A DNA stretch of 29,248 bases from Clostridiaceae bacterium. GTDB taxonomy: Bacteria; Bacillota; Clostridia; Monoglobales; Firm-18. The position numbers and the translations under genes are program-made. Positions 1 to 8,547 of this stretch are shown in pieces. The first letter of the stretch is position 1, and each line of letters opens with the position of its first letter. The notes beneath the pieces are model-generated. The model did not search any database and had not been told where the DNA came from. It saw only the letters and a program-made list of their open reading frames with translations. The stretch spans positions 1-29,248 of the forward strand of contig JAAZFB010000489.1 in NCBI GenBank assembly GCA_012511915.1, read 5' to 3'.

Positions 1-1
1 G

Positions 2-100
2 GAATATTATTGCCTCAAAAATAATGTTACAGGTGGTTTGCGTTGGATCGATGAAGTTAAAGAATATGAAGATAAGGTTCTGCGCTTAAGGGAGGTATAA
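2..100 (+). CDS. rhaA: L-rhamnose isomerase, C-terminal fragment (5' end outside the window)
   Basis: Hand translation gives EYYCLKNNVTGGLRWIDEVKEYEDKVLRLREV*, which resembles the RhaA C-terminus (W.YYC..........W..EV..YE..VL..R). It lies directly upstream of a class II aldolase. Not in the ORF track. Confidence 0.75.
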   Translation, partial: EYYCLKNNVTGGLRWIDEVKEYEDKVLRLREV

Positions 101-103
101 GGT

Positions 104-1216
104 ATGGCATTAGCTGATTTGGTTAAAATCTCGAATTACTACGGGTGCAAAGAGGATGTAGTTTTAGCGGGCGGTGGAAACACGTCTTATAAAGATAAAG
201 ATAATCTATACATAAAAGCATCCGGAACAACACTTGCAACAATAACGGACAGTGGTTTTGTCAAAATGAACAGACAAAAGCTAAATGATATAATGACAAA
301 AAAATATTCGTCTGATTTTCAAAGCCGTGAGACTGAGGTGTTACACGACCTGATGAATGCTCGTGAGCAAACCGAGCTATCCAAAAGGCCGAGCGTTGAA
401 ACAACACTTCACAATTTGTTTCCGCAGCATTATGTGGTGCATACGCATCCTGCTATGGTTAACGGTTTAACATGCTCAAAAGAGGGGGAACATTACGCCA
501 AGGAAATATTTGGCAACAGTGCAGTTTGGATAGAGGTTACAATGCCGGGGTATGTTCTTGCAAAAGAAGTTGAAGAAAAGCTTAATTGTTATAAAAGGGA
601 TAATTGCAAAACGGCCAACATTTTACTTTTAGAAAATCATGGTCTTTTTGTGGCGGCAGACTCAACAGACGAAATAAAAAGACTTATGGATTATGTTTTT
701 GAAAAAATCAAGGAAAATATATCGCACTATCCTAATTTCGGTACTATAGAAACTGATGCTGATATAGACTATATATCCGGCAAAATAGCAAACACAATTT
801 CAGATAGAACATGTAAAGTAATACACCTTAACAACATTCAAATAAAGGCTTTGACAGAAAATAAACAGGCTTTTGCAGATGTTAATTATGCGTTTACGCC
901 GGATCATATGGTTTATTACAAACACACACCTCTTTTTCTGGACAACATTTCGGACATTGATTTGTCAGTTAAAACATATAAAGAAACATTTGGCTTTACA
1001 CCAAAGATTATTGCTGTTGCCGGTGTTGGGGCATTTGCTGTCGGAAATGATGAAAAAGATGCACAGACAGCCAAAGCATTATTTTTGGATGCCGTTAAGA
1101 TATCGGTTTATGCTAAAAGTTTCGGTGGGGGTAGGTTTATGCCTGATTGGCTTGTAAATTACATCAACAATTGGGAGGCAGAAACGTACAGAAAAGGTGT
1201 TGGAGAAAATAAGTAA
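104..1216 (+). CDS. Class II aldolase/adducin family protein, probable rhamnulose-1-phosphate aldolase
   Basis: 370 aa with GGGNTSYK, IKASG, RPSVET, VVHTHP and LLENHG (Zn-binding His) and FTPDH motifs. SD GGGAGGT at about 90-96. Follows rhaA. Confidence 0.85.
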   Translation: MALADLVKISNYYGCKEDVVLAGGGNTSYKDKDNLYIKASGTTLATITDSGFVKMNRQKLNDIMTKKYSSDFQSRETEVLHDLMNAREQTELSKRPSVETTLHNLFPQHYVVHTHPAMVNGLTCSKEGEHYAKEIFGNSAVWIEVTMPGYVLAKEVEEKLNCYKRDNCKTANILLLENHGLFVAADSTDEIKRLMDYVFEKIKENISHYPNFGTIETDADIDYISGKIANTISDRTCKVIHLNNIQIKALTENKQAFADVNYAFTPDHMVYYKHTPLFLDNISDIDLSVKTYKETFGFTPKIIAVAGVGAFAVGNDEKDAQTAKALFLDAVKISVYAKSFGGGRFMPDWLVNYINNWEAETYRKGVGENK

Positions 1217-1274
1217 TACTAATCCTCAATTAAAAGACAAGTTTTTTGTTGTTATTTTGATTGGATATTAGTAT
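1216..1274. repeat. Mini palindromic element with ATACTAA...TTAGTAT ends
   Basis: 1216-1235 matches the reverse complement of 1255-1274 at 16/20 positions. 1214-1227 is the exact reverse complement of 23141-23154. Confidence 0.65.
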
Positions 1275-1276
1275 AA

Positions 1277-1330
1277 AATATCAATGGATATTCGCGCCTC
1301 CTTCCGCCTTGCCTGATGCAAAAATGACCG
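1277..1330 (-). repeat. Partial GCAAGGCGG-type palindromic repeat module
   Basis: The minus strand reads ATTTTTGCATCAGGCAAGGCGGAAGGAGGCGCG then the hairpin AATATC-CATT-GATATT. It resembles 22820-22844 ATTTTTTGCAAGACAAGGCGGAGGA. Confidence 0.55.
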
Positions 1331-1405
1331 GCGTGCCAATCCTAACATCTAACTGTGCCACGGCACTAGGGCCTTGCGAAAAAAGCGAAAAAATAATAAA
1401 AAATC

Positions 1406-1434
1406 TTGACAAACCAGCGGATATATCTTAAAAT
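1406..1434 (+). promoter_or_regulatory. Sigma-A promoter for tRNA-Arg
   Basis: TTGACA (1406-1411), 17 bp spacer, TAAAAT (1429-1434), with an A-rich upstream tract. Confidence 0.75.
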
Positions 1435-1474
1435 AGTTTGGTAGTGCCGAACTATCAAATCTTGTTTTTTGTGT

Positions 1475-1551
1475 GCGCCCGTAGCTCTGTCGGATAGAGT
1501 GGCAGACTTCGAATCTGTTTGTCGGGGGTTCGAATCCCTCCGGGCGTGCCA
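1475..1551 (+). tRNA. tRNA-Arg (anticodon UCG)
   Basis: Cloverleaf with acceptor GCGCCCG/CGGGCGT, anticodon arm GCAGA-CTTCGAA-TCTGT, T-loop TTCGAAT and encoded CCA. Confidence 0.93.
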
Positions 1552-1575
1552 AATAAATAAACAAATAAATAAAAT

Positions 1576-1627
1576 AAATCCCGTAAATTTTAAATAAAAA
1601 CAAATCCCCGAAAATTTTAAATAAAAA
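1576..1627 (+). repeat. Tandem 25/26-bp imperfect direct repeat
   Basis: AAATCCCGTAAATTTTAAATAAAAA (1576-1600) and AAATCCCCGAAAATTTTAAATAAAAA (1602-1627). Confidence 0.8.
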
Positions 1628-1631
1628 GCTG

Positions 1632-1660
1632 TTGACATTGCCGATAAGCTATGTTAATAT
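1632..1660 (+). promoter_or_regulatory. Sigma-A promoter for tRNA-Thr
   Basis: TTGACA (1632-1637), 17 bp spacer, TAATAT (1655-1660), 15 nt upstream of the tRNA. Confidence 0.75.
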
Positions 1661-1675
1661 ATTTAAGCGTAAGTC

Positions 1676-1751
1676 GCTGGTGTAGCTCAATTGGCAGAGC
1701 AGCTGATTTGTAATCAGCAGGTTGCGGGTTCGAGTCCCATCACCAGCTCCA
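1676..1751 (+). tRNA. tRNA-Thr (anticodon UGU)
   Basis: Acceptor GCTGGTG/CACCAGC, anticodon arm GCTGA-TTTGTAA-TCAGC, TTCGAGT loop and CCA end. Confidence 0.97.
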
Positions 1752-1797
1752 ATAAATTCTCTTGGCAGTTTATTTTTTTGATGTTTGACATTTGTGT

Positions 1798-1852
1798 ATA
1801 CTATTTTTAAGTAATTTGCGTATAATACTAATTCGCGTTAGGAAAATAGTAT
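1798..1852. repeat. Mini palindrome with ATACTA...TAGTAT ends
   Basis: Perfect 10-bp inverted repeat ATACTATTTT (1798-1807) / AAAATAGTAT (1843-1852). Confidence 0.45.
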
Positions 1853-1903
1853 CGAATTGAATTAATTTCAATTAAATCTTGTGTTTAATTGAAGTTAATA
1901 TAC

Positions 1904-1988
1904 GGAGGGGTTCCCGAGTGGCTAAAGGGGGCAGACTGTAAATCTGTTGTCAACGACTTCGATGGTTCGAATCCATCTCCCTCCACCA
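1904..1988 (+). tRNA. tRNA-Tyr (anticodon GUA)
   Basis: Acceptor GGAGGGG/CTCCCTCC region, anticodon arm GCAGA-CTGTAAA-TCTGT, long variable arm, TTCGAAT and ACCA end; 85 nt. Confidence 0.97.
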
Positions 1989-2066
1989 AAATTTATGCGC
2001 CCCGGAATATTCACGAGGCGCTTATTCATTTAATCAGATGGCAACAGCAATGGGAGAAGGAAGAAA

Positions 2067-3005
2067 ATGAATATAAGACGGTACTTAATGATAATATTTT
2101 GCGTACTTGGAGTTTGCCTTGCTGTATTAAGCGGAATTATCGTGGCATCTAAGCGCATTTCTGCGTTACCCGGTATTGAACCGAGTGAAACAGTCGATTT
2201 GCCAAAGGCGTCAAAATCGCGGGCTAATGTTGTTATAATGGGATTAGATAAACAAAAGATACACACTGATACAATAATGCTGGTTTCACTTGACAATATT
2301 AATAAGAAAGTGAGTATACTCTCCATACCCCGTGATACAAGGGTTATTTTTGAAGGACAATACGATAAAATCAATCATTTATATGGTTATAAAGGCAAAG
2401 AAGCGAATGTTATAAAGGCTGTAACACAAGTAACCGGTATTCCTGTTCATTATTATGCGGTTGTAGATTTTGCGGGTTTTCGCAATATAATTGATATTTT
2501 GGGCGGAGTAGAATTTGATGTGCCTAATGTTAATAATACCGGTGGAATGTTTTACAGCGATCCATATCAAGACCTGAAAATTAATTTAAAGGCCGGTATG
2601 CAGCGTTTAAACGGCAAACAAGCTGAAGGACTTGTCAGATTCCGCAGTGGCTATCCCGAGGCTGACTTGGCAAGAATTAAAGTACAGCAGCAATTTGTAA
2701 AAGAACTTATTAAACAAAAACTTCGATTAAAATACATTACAAAAGCTTTTGATATTTACGGCGAAATAGCAAAGAATATAAAAACAAATTATTCGATTTC
2801 CGACGCGGCTTATCATGCGCTGGTTGCAAAGTCCATCGATGTTGACAATATTGAGAATTTTTCTTTGCCCGGTTACGGTACCCAAGCGTATACACGATAT
2901 GGTTATATGTCTTGTTTTATTGTTAATGACGCGGAGACGGACGCTATTATATCAGAACATTTTTCTGTTGTAACGCCAAATGAGACAAAGAAAGATAATG
3001 AATAA
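2067..3005 (+). CDS. LCP (LytR-CpsA-Psr) family cell-wall glycopolymer transferase
   Basis: N-terminal TM helix, then GLD..TDTIMLV, LSIPRDT, KINH.Y, LNGKQAEGLVRFR and DLARIKVQQQF motifs. Confidence 0.93.
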   Translation: MNIRRYLMIIFCVLGVCLAVLSGIIVASKRISALPGIEPSETVDLPKASKSRANVVIMGLDKQKIHTDTIMLVSLDNINKKVSILSIPRDTRVIFEGQYDKINHLYGYKGKEANVIKAVTQVTGIPVHYYAVVDFAGFRNIIDILGGVEFDVPNVNNTGGMFYSDPYQDLKINLKAGMQRLNGKQAEGLVRFRSGYPEADLARIKVQQQFVKELIKQKLRLKYITKAFDIYGEIAKNIKTNYSISDAAYHALVAKSIDVDNIENFSLPGYGTQAYTRYGYMSCFIVNDAETDAIISEHFSVVTPNETKKDNE

Positions 3006-3070
3006 ACTGCCTCTTAAATGATGGGCAGATTGCATTGCATTATTCATATAACAAAATTAGTAAAAAGTAC

Positions 3071-3099
3071 TTGACGGATATAAAATTTTATTATAATAT
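3071..3099 (+). promoter_or_regulatory. Putative sigma-A promoter upstream of acpP
   Basis: TTGACG (3071-3076) with TATAAT at 3092-3097 or TAATAT at 3094-3099 (17 bp spacer). Confidence 0.6.
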
Positions 3100-3220
3100 T
3101 AATTCGTAAATGAAAAGCATAAATTTGCTAGGTAGTTATCCATGCCATATTCGGCTCATGATATGCGCGTGAGGCAGTTAATAATATTTTGTGAGCCAGA
3201 AAGGTTAATGGTCAACAATA

Positions 3221-3451
3221 ATGGAACTTGAAAAGATTAGAGAAATACTTGTAGAGCAACTTGGGGTTAGTGAAGATGAAATTGATTTAAATTCTTCTTT
3301 GACGGATGATTTAGGCGCTGATTCTTTAGATTTAGTTGAGCTGGTAATGGCTATGGAACAGGAGTTCGACATTGAAATACACGATGAGGATGCCGAAAAC
3401 ATTCAAACTGTCGGGGATGCAGTAAATTACGTAAAAGAAAAAGCCCTTTAG
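3221..3451 (+). CDS. acpP: Acyl carrier protein
   Basis: 76 aa, acidic, with the [12 protein letters not shown] phosphopantetheine-attachment motif. Confidence 0.97.
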   Translation: MELEKIREILVEQLGVSEDEIDLNSSLTDDLGADSLDLVELVMAMEQEFDIEIHDEDAENIQTVGDAVNYVKEKAL

Positions 3452-3459
3452 GGCTTTTT
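3438..3459 (+). terminator. Intrinsic terminator-like hairpin overlapping the acpP stop
   Basis: AAAAAGCCC-TTTA-GGGCTTTTT, a perfect 9-bp stem with a T tract. Confidence 0.75.
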
Positions 3460-3482
3460 GTATATTTAGGGAGTTGCAATAA

Positions 3483-4169
3483 GTGCACAAGTTAATGAAA
3501 AAAATTCAATATGTTTTTAATGATACGAGTCTGCTTACCCAGGCCCTTACCCACAGTTAATATTCTAACGAACACAAAAAAACAAGCAAAAGTTATGAAC
3601 GTTTGGAATTCCTTGGTGACAGTGTGCTTTCGCTTATTGTCAGCACTTATATTTACAACGATTTTAAAAACTTACCCGAAGGCGGGCTTTCAAAGTTGCG
3701 TGCATCGTTAGTTTGCGAAAGAAGCCTTGCAAAGTGTGCAGAGCAGCTTTGCTTGGGCAAATATCTATTACTGAGCAAGGGTGAGGAATCTACCGGCGGC
3801 AGAACTCGTCCGTCAATTCTTGCGGATGTTTTAGAAGCGATCATCGCTGCAATATATTTGGATGGCGGTATAGCAGAGGCAGAGCGATTTACTATTAGTA
3901 TTTTATCAGAGAGTATAAATCAAGCTAAGGATGGCAAAGGCGTTTTTAAAGATTATAAAACCGCATTACAAGAGCAAATACAACAGCTTGACGGTTCTAT
4001 CGAATACGTCCATGTAAAAGAATATGGCCCCGAGCATAAGAAAGTTTTTACGGTTGATGTGTGCTCAGGGGGCAAAGCACTTGCACGAGCAGACGGCAGA
4101 AGCAAAAAAGAGGCTGAACAAAAGGCTGCGCACAAGGCACTAAAGAAAATCGGTTATGAAAAAATATAA
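3483..4169 (+). pseudogene. rnc: Ribonuclease III interrupted by an in-frame TAA at 3558-3560 (nonsense allele or sequence error)
   Basis: From GTG 3483 (SD AGGGAG at about 3468): ...LLTQALTHS*YSNEHKKTSKSYERLEFLGDS, continuing in frame into ORF 3603..4169. That ORF has ILADVLEAIIAAIYLDGG and a dsRBD (DYKTALQE...GRSKKEAEQKAA). Confidence 0.9.
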
Positions 4170-4977
4170 AATAATCCCAATTTTTGTACCACATAGCGGT
4201 TGCCCGCATTGTTGCTCTTTTTGTAACCAGCGGCATATTACCGGACAGCATTCGGAAACAACACCTGCTGCTGCACAAAGTGTTATTGAAAAATATCTTT
4301 CGACAATAGACAGCGAAAAAAATCATGTAGAGGTTGCTTTTTACGGAGGCAGTTTTACCGCAATTGATATAAATAAGCAAAATGCTTTGCTTGATGTTGC
4401 TTTGCAATATAAAAAACAAGGCAAAATACATGGTATACGGCTTTCAACACGCCCTGACTGCATAACAGTTGAAATTCTTGAGAACTTGAAAGCAAGGGGA
4501 GTTACCGAAATTGAGCTTGGCGTGCAGAGTATGCGAGATGTGATATTAAAAAAGAACAATAGGGGTCATACAGCAGAGCATGTTATTAATTCGGTTGCAC
4601 TGATTAAGAAGTATGATTTTGAAATTGGGTTGCAAATGATGGTTGGGCTTATAGGCGATTCTAAAGAGGATGTTATTTACACAACACATGAGATAACGAG
4701 ACTTAAACCCGATTTTGTAAGGATATATCCAACGCTTGTTTTTAAGAACACCAAATTGCATGAGCTTTATTTAAAGGGTGAATATACCCCGTTGACGGTC
4801 GAACAGGCAGTTGAAATATGCGCATCTGCTTTAAAAATATTTAATGATAATAACATTAAGGTTATACGCCTTGGGCTTTTGCTTGATGGTGAAGATGCGA
4901 AGAATAATTATGTTGCAGGCCCGTACTATCCAAGGTTTAGTGAAGTGGTAAGGAGCAGGGTGTTTAATGTATCTTAA
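4156..4977 (+). CDS. Elp3-like radical SAM protein
   Basis: CPHCCSFC (CxxxCxxC), AFYGGSFT, IRLSTRPD, IELGVQS and VRIYPTLV motifs, in the rnc-smc position usual in Clostridia. Confidence 0.88.
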   Translation: MKKYKIIPIFVPHSGCPHCCSFCNQRHITGQHSETTPAAAQSVIEKYLSTIDSEKNHVEVAFYGGSFTAIDINKQNALLDVALQYKKQGKIHGIRLSTRPDCITVEILENLKARGVTEIELGVQSMRDVILKKNNRGHTAEHVINSVALIKKYDFEIGLQMMVGLIGDSKEDVIYTTHEITRLKPDFVRIYPTLVFKNTKLHELYLKGEYTPLTVEQAVEICASALKIFNDNNIKVIRLGLLLDGEDAKNNYVAGPYYPRFSEVVRSRVFNVS

Positions 4978-7900
4978 AAATTTACAAATACAAGGGTTTA
5001 AATCTTTTGTAGACAAGATTAACTTAGATTTTACATCCGGAATAACGGCTATCATAGGGCCAAACGGCAGCGGCAAAAGCAATATTTCTGATGCTATTCG
5101 CTGGGTAATGGGTGAGCAAAGTGCAAAATCGCTACGCGGTGGCAATATGCAAGATGTAATTTTTGCCGGCACAAAAAAGCGTAAACCTTTGGGTTTTGCC
5201 GAGGTTTCGCTCGTTATAGACAACTCACAAAAGAAATTGCCCATAGATTACGAAGAAGTAATGGTTACGCGTCGGGTTTTCCGATCCGGCGAAAGTGAAT
5301 ATTATATTAACAAGTCGCAGTGTCGTCTTAAAGATGTGCACGAGCTTTTTATGGATACAGGAGTTGGTAAAGACGGCTATTCAGTTATTGGGCAGGGTAA
5401 AGTGTCTGAAATAGTTTATTGCAGGCCTGAAGATAGACGTCAAATCTTTGAAGAGGCTTCCGGCATCACAAAATACCGATACAGAAAAGAAGAGGCCCAG
5501 CGAAAGCTTAGCCATACCCAAGAAAATATATTACGTGTATCCGATATAATCGGCGGAATCCAAACACAACTTGAGCCTTTAAAGCTACAAGCCGAAAAAG
5601 CAAAGAAGTTTTTAAATTTAAAAGAACAGCTAAAAACTCTTGAAGTTAATGTATCCCTTGAAGAGACGGCTAAACATAAAAAAGTTTTAGAAGAAATTGA
5701 CGATGTATACCACAACAACCAACAGCAGCTTGATGCGATTGGGGCAGAAATAGGGCTTATCGAGAAAAAGAATAACGTTATGTTTGACGAAATTCGACAA
5801 ACAGAAGAAGAGGCTGAGCAAAGGCGTAATCAGCAACAACAGAGCACTGAGCTTTTGTCGGACATACAGCGGGATATCGCCGTTTTAAATAATAGAATTG
5901 AGCAGAACCGTGAAAGTATAATTAAAATCCAAGATGAAACAAAAGAACTCACAGAAAAAATGTATCAGCTTGATGATGCATTATCCGAACAGGACGAGGG
6001 TATAACTTCCTTTTTAGAAAAAGATGAACAACTTAAGACCCAAATTACTGCTTTACAAAATGAACTGTTAGGTATTGAACAAGAAAAAACCACGTTTGAG
6101 CAGTCGGTTGAGAAAATCAATAACGAAATAGCCAATACACAAACTCAAATAGCCTCACAAAAGTCGTTAATTGACAATTGCGATACGCTTGTTGATAGCA
6201 TCAGTACTCGTGTTTTAGATATAGAAAAAGAAATATCCGACAAAAAAGATTTGTTTGAACAAGCAAAACAAAAACTGCAGCAGCTACAAACGCAGCAAAA
6301 ACAAATGTCGCAAAATGAGCAACTGTATATAAACAAATCGAGGGAAATATCCGCTAAAACTAACAAAGCAGAGCAATCATTGCAACAGGCAGTTGATAAG
6401 CATAGGGATTTACAGTTAAACCTACAGCAGGCGAAAACAAGGCAAAAGCTGCTGAGAGACATGGAAAAATCATTTGATAACTATGCATATAGTGTAAAGG
6501 CGGTAATGCAAGCAAAGCAAAAAGGTTTGTTAGACGGTCTGTTTTCTACAGTAGCACAACTTATTAATGTACCCGAAAAATATGCCGTCGCAATAGAAAC
6601 TGTGCTTGGCGCATCAGCGCAAAACATTGTTGTACAAACAGAAGAAGACGCAAAACAAGCGATTGCATTTCTTAAAAAAACCAAGGCCGGTCGTGCGACA
6701 TTTTTACCTATCAGCGCAGCACAAGGCGGATTATTAAAAGAAAATGATCTTAAAAACCAAAAAGGGGTTTTAGGGATTGCATCTAATCTTGTGGAAACCG
6801 AGCCGATGTTTGTAAAAATTGCTCAAAACCTTTTGGGGCGTGTTGTGGTAGTCGACAATATAGATAATGCCATTGCTACGGCCCGAAAATATAATTATCG
6901 ATTTCGGATAGTAACCCTGGATGGTGATTTGATAACCCCCGGCGGTGCGATGTCCGGCGGCAGTAAAGATAGTAAAACAGGCTTTATTACTTTAGCGAAT
7001 GAGCTGTTAAGGCTAAATACATATGTAGCCGAGCTTGAAAAAACTGTAGAAAGTGCAAAAGCTGAAGAACTATCATGTCAATCACAGCTTATTGATTTGA
7101 AAGAGCAAGCAAGAAAAGCATCAGATGATTTAACTGCTTTGCAGCAAAAATATGCGGTATTGTCGGCAGAGATAAACCATTCAAAAGATTTCTTGCAGTC
7201 CGCACAGCAAGCGCAGGATACTTTATTTACAGAAAAAAAGCAGCTTAACGAAAAAATTATTTCTATGCAGCAAGATGCAAGGCACAGTGCTCAAACTATT
7301 GAGACATTAAGAGCAAATGCTGAACGTTGTAATGATGAGTTGACAAAACAAAAAGAAGGGTTATCAGCTCTTGTAAATGTTATCGAGCAAAAAAATGCAG
7401 AAATAATAACTTGTAAGATTGAACACAATAATGTTGAAAAGGATATCGAGCTATACCACGAGCGGGTAGAGACGGTTAAAACAAGAAAAAAGGAGTTACA
7501 GCAAGCAATTGAGCAAAAAGATATAAGCAAAGAAGAAATTAAAGACAGAAATGAAGACTTAACAGAAGATATAGAATTCAAAACACATCAGATACAAGAA
7601 ACGCAAAACGATATAACAGAACATAAGCAACAGATTGCCCTACTTGTTGAGCACGGAAGGAAATTACAAGAAAGACTTAAAACGATGCAAGCTCAAATCA
7701 CCGAAAAAAGGGAAATGCAACTTGTGTTGCAACAAGAACAAGGCAGGACTGAAGCAAAAAAAGCAAAAGCTGAATCAGAGCTTGAGAGCATAATTAATTA
7801 TTTATGGGAAGAATATGAATTAACAATATCTACTGCCAATCAGTATAAAACAGAAATAGGCAGTATTACAAAAGCGCAAAAAGGTATTACCTTATTAAAA

Positions 7901-8524
7901 AACCAAATAAGGGATTTGGGGAATATCAATGTCGACGCTATTGGTGAGTACGCGAACATAAAAGAACGGTTTGACTTTCTTACAAGTCAAAAGAATGATT
8001 TAGCGCAAGCCGGCAAAAACCTCGAAAAGGTTATTTCTGATATGGAACAAATAATGGAAAACCTTTTTGCTACTAAGCTTGAAGAAATTAACAAACAGTT
8101 TGCTGAGGTGTTCGCCGACCTTTTTGGCGGGGGCACAGCTAAATTAGTATTAACACGGCCTGACGATGTTTTGTCAAGCGGGGTGGAAATCGATGTCCAA
8201 CCGCCGGGAAAAGCTGTAAAAAACATGTTGCAACTGTCCGGCGGTGAGCAAGCTTTTGTATCAATTGCGCTGTTGTTTGCAATTTTGAAAGTAAAACCAT
8301 CCCCCTTTTGTATATTTGATGAAATAGAGGCCTCTCTTGACGAAGTAAACGTATATCGGTTTGCGGATTATCTTAAAAAGTTTTCCGCAATTTCGCAGTT
8401 TATAGTAGTTACGCATCGGCGCGGGACAATGGAGGCTGCGAATATGCTTTACGGGGTTACAATGCAAGAGCAAGGTGTTACAAGTCTAATATCACTAAAC
8501 ATAGACGATATTCAGCTTGCATGA
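4967..8524 (+). CDS. smc: Chromosome segregation protein SMC
   Basis: Walker A GPNGSGKSN, coiled coils, hinge GRATFLP, signature LSGGE, Walker B FDEIEASLD and VVTHR; 1185 aa. Confidence 0.98.
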   Translation: MYLKNLQIQGFKSFVDKINLDFTSGITAIIGPNGSGKSNISDAIRWVMGEQSAKSLRGGNMQDVIFAGTKKRKPLGFAEVSLVIDNSQKKLPIDYEEVMVTRRVFRSGESEYYINKSQCRLKDVHELFMDTGVGKDGYSVIGQGKVSEIVYCRPEDRRQIFEEASGITKYRYRKEEAQRKLSHTQENILRVSDIIGGIQTQLEPLKLQAEKAKKFLNLKEQLKTLEVNVSLEETAKHKKVLEEIDDVYHNNQQQLDAIGAEIGLIEKKNNVMFDEIRQTEEEAEQRRNQQQQSTELLSDIQRDIAVLNNRIEQNRESIIKIQDETKELTEKMYQLDDALSEQDEGITSFLEKDEQLKTQITALQNELLGIEQEKTTFEQSVEKINNEIANTQTQIASQKSLIDNCDTLVDSISTRVLDIEKEISDKKDLFEQAKQKLQQLQTQQKQMSQNEQLYINKSREISAKTNKAEQSLQQAVDKHRDLQLNLQQAKTRQKLLRDMEKSFDNYAYSVKAVMQAKQKGLLDGLFSTVAQLINVPEKYAVAIETVLGASAQNIVVQTEEDAKQAIAFLKKTKAGRATFLPISAAQGGLLKENDLKNQKGVLGIASNLVETEPMFVKIAQNLLGRVVVVDNIDNAIATARKYNYRFRIVTLDGDLITPGGAMSGGSKDSKTGFITLANELLRLNTYVAELEKTVESAKAEELSCQSQLIDLKEQARKASDDLTALQQKYAVLSAEINHSKDFLQSAQQAQDTLFTEKKQLNEKIISMQQDARHSAQTIETLRANAERCNDELTKQKEGLSALVNVIEQKNAEIITCKIEHNNVEKDIELYHERVETVKTRKKELQQAIEQKDISKEEIKDRNEDLTEDIEFKTHQIQETQNDITEHKQQIALLVEHGRKLQERLKTMQAQITEKREMQLVLQQEQGRTEAKKAKAESELESIINYLWEEYELTISTANQYKTEIGSITKAQKGITLLKNQIRDLGNINVDAIGEYANIKERFDFLTSQKNDLAQAGKNLEKVISDMEQIMENLFATKLEEINKQFAEVFADLFGGGTAKLVLTRPDDVLSSGVEIDVQPPGKAVKNMLQLSGGEQAFVSIALLFAILKVKPSPFCIFDEIEASLDEVNVYRFADYLKKFSAISQFIVVTHRRGTMEAANMLYGVTMQEQGVTSLISLNIDDIQLA

Positions 8525-8547
8525 TTATTAGTGGAAGGGCTATTGAA

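Noticed and set aside
1290-1330. SRP RNA-like motif on the minus strand (TCAGG...GGAAGGA)
   Set aside because: It lacks the AGCAG side of the conserved loop and a closing helix, and is better explained as a repeat module matching 22820-22844.
1349-1638. Minus-strand ORFs 1349..1603 and 1366..1638
   Set aside because: They are antisense to tRNA-Arg and its promoter, low complexity, with no protein motifs.
1475-2066. tRNA genes as an integration site for an island or prophage
   Set aside because: No integrase and no duplicated tRNA 3' end was seen, and the flanking genes are housekeeping.
1889-2152. 87-aa ORF
   Set aside because: It is a translation of tRNA-Tyr and overlaps the LCP gene out of frame.
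3558-3560. Stop-codon reassignment as the explanation for the rnc TAA
   Set aside because: TAA, TAG and TGA all end well-conserved genes at the expected positions in this window (for example ffh TAA, leuS TAG, smc TGA).
3511-3711. 66-aa ORF suggesting a frameshifted rnc
   Set aside because: It is an alternative frame. The RNase III sequence stays in one frame across the TAA, so there is no frameshift.
5440-8226. Many minus-strand ORFs under smc, and similar ones under ffh, leuS, paaK and gcvT
   Set aside because: They are shadow ORFs opposite strongly supported genes, with biased composition and no motifs.
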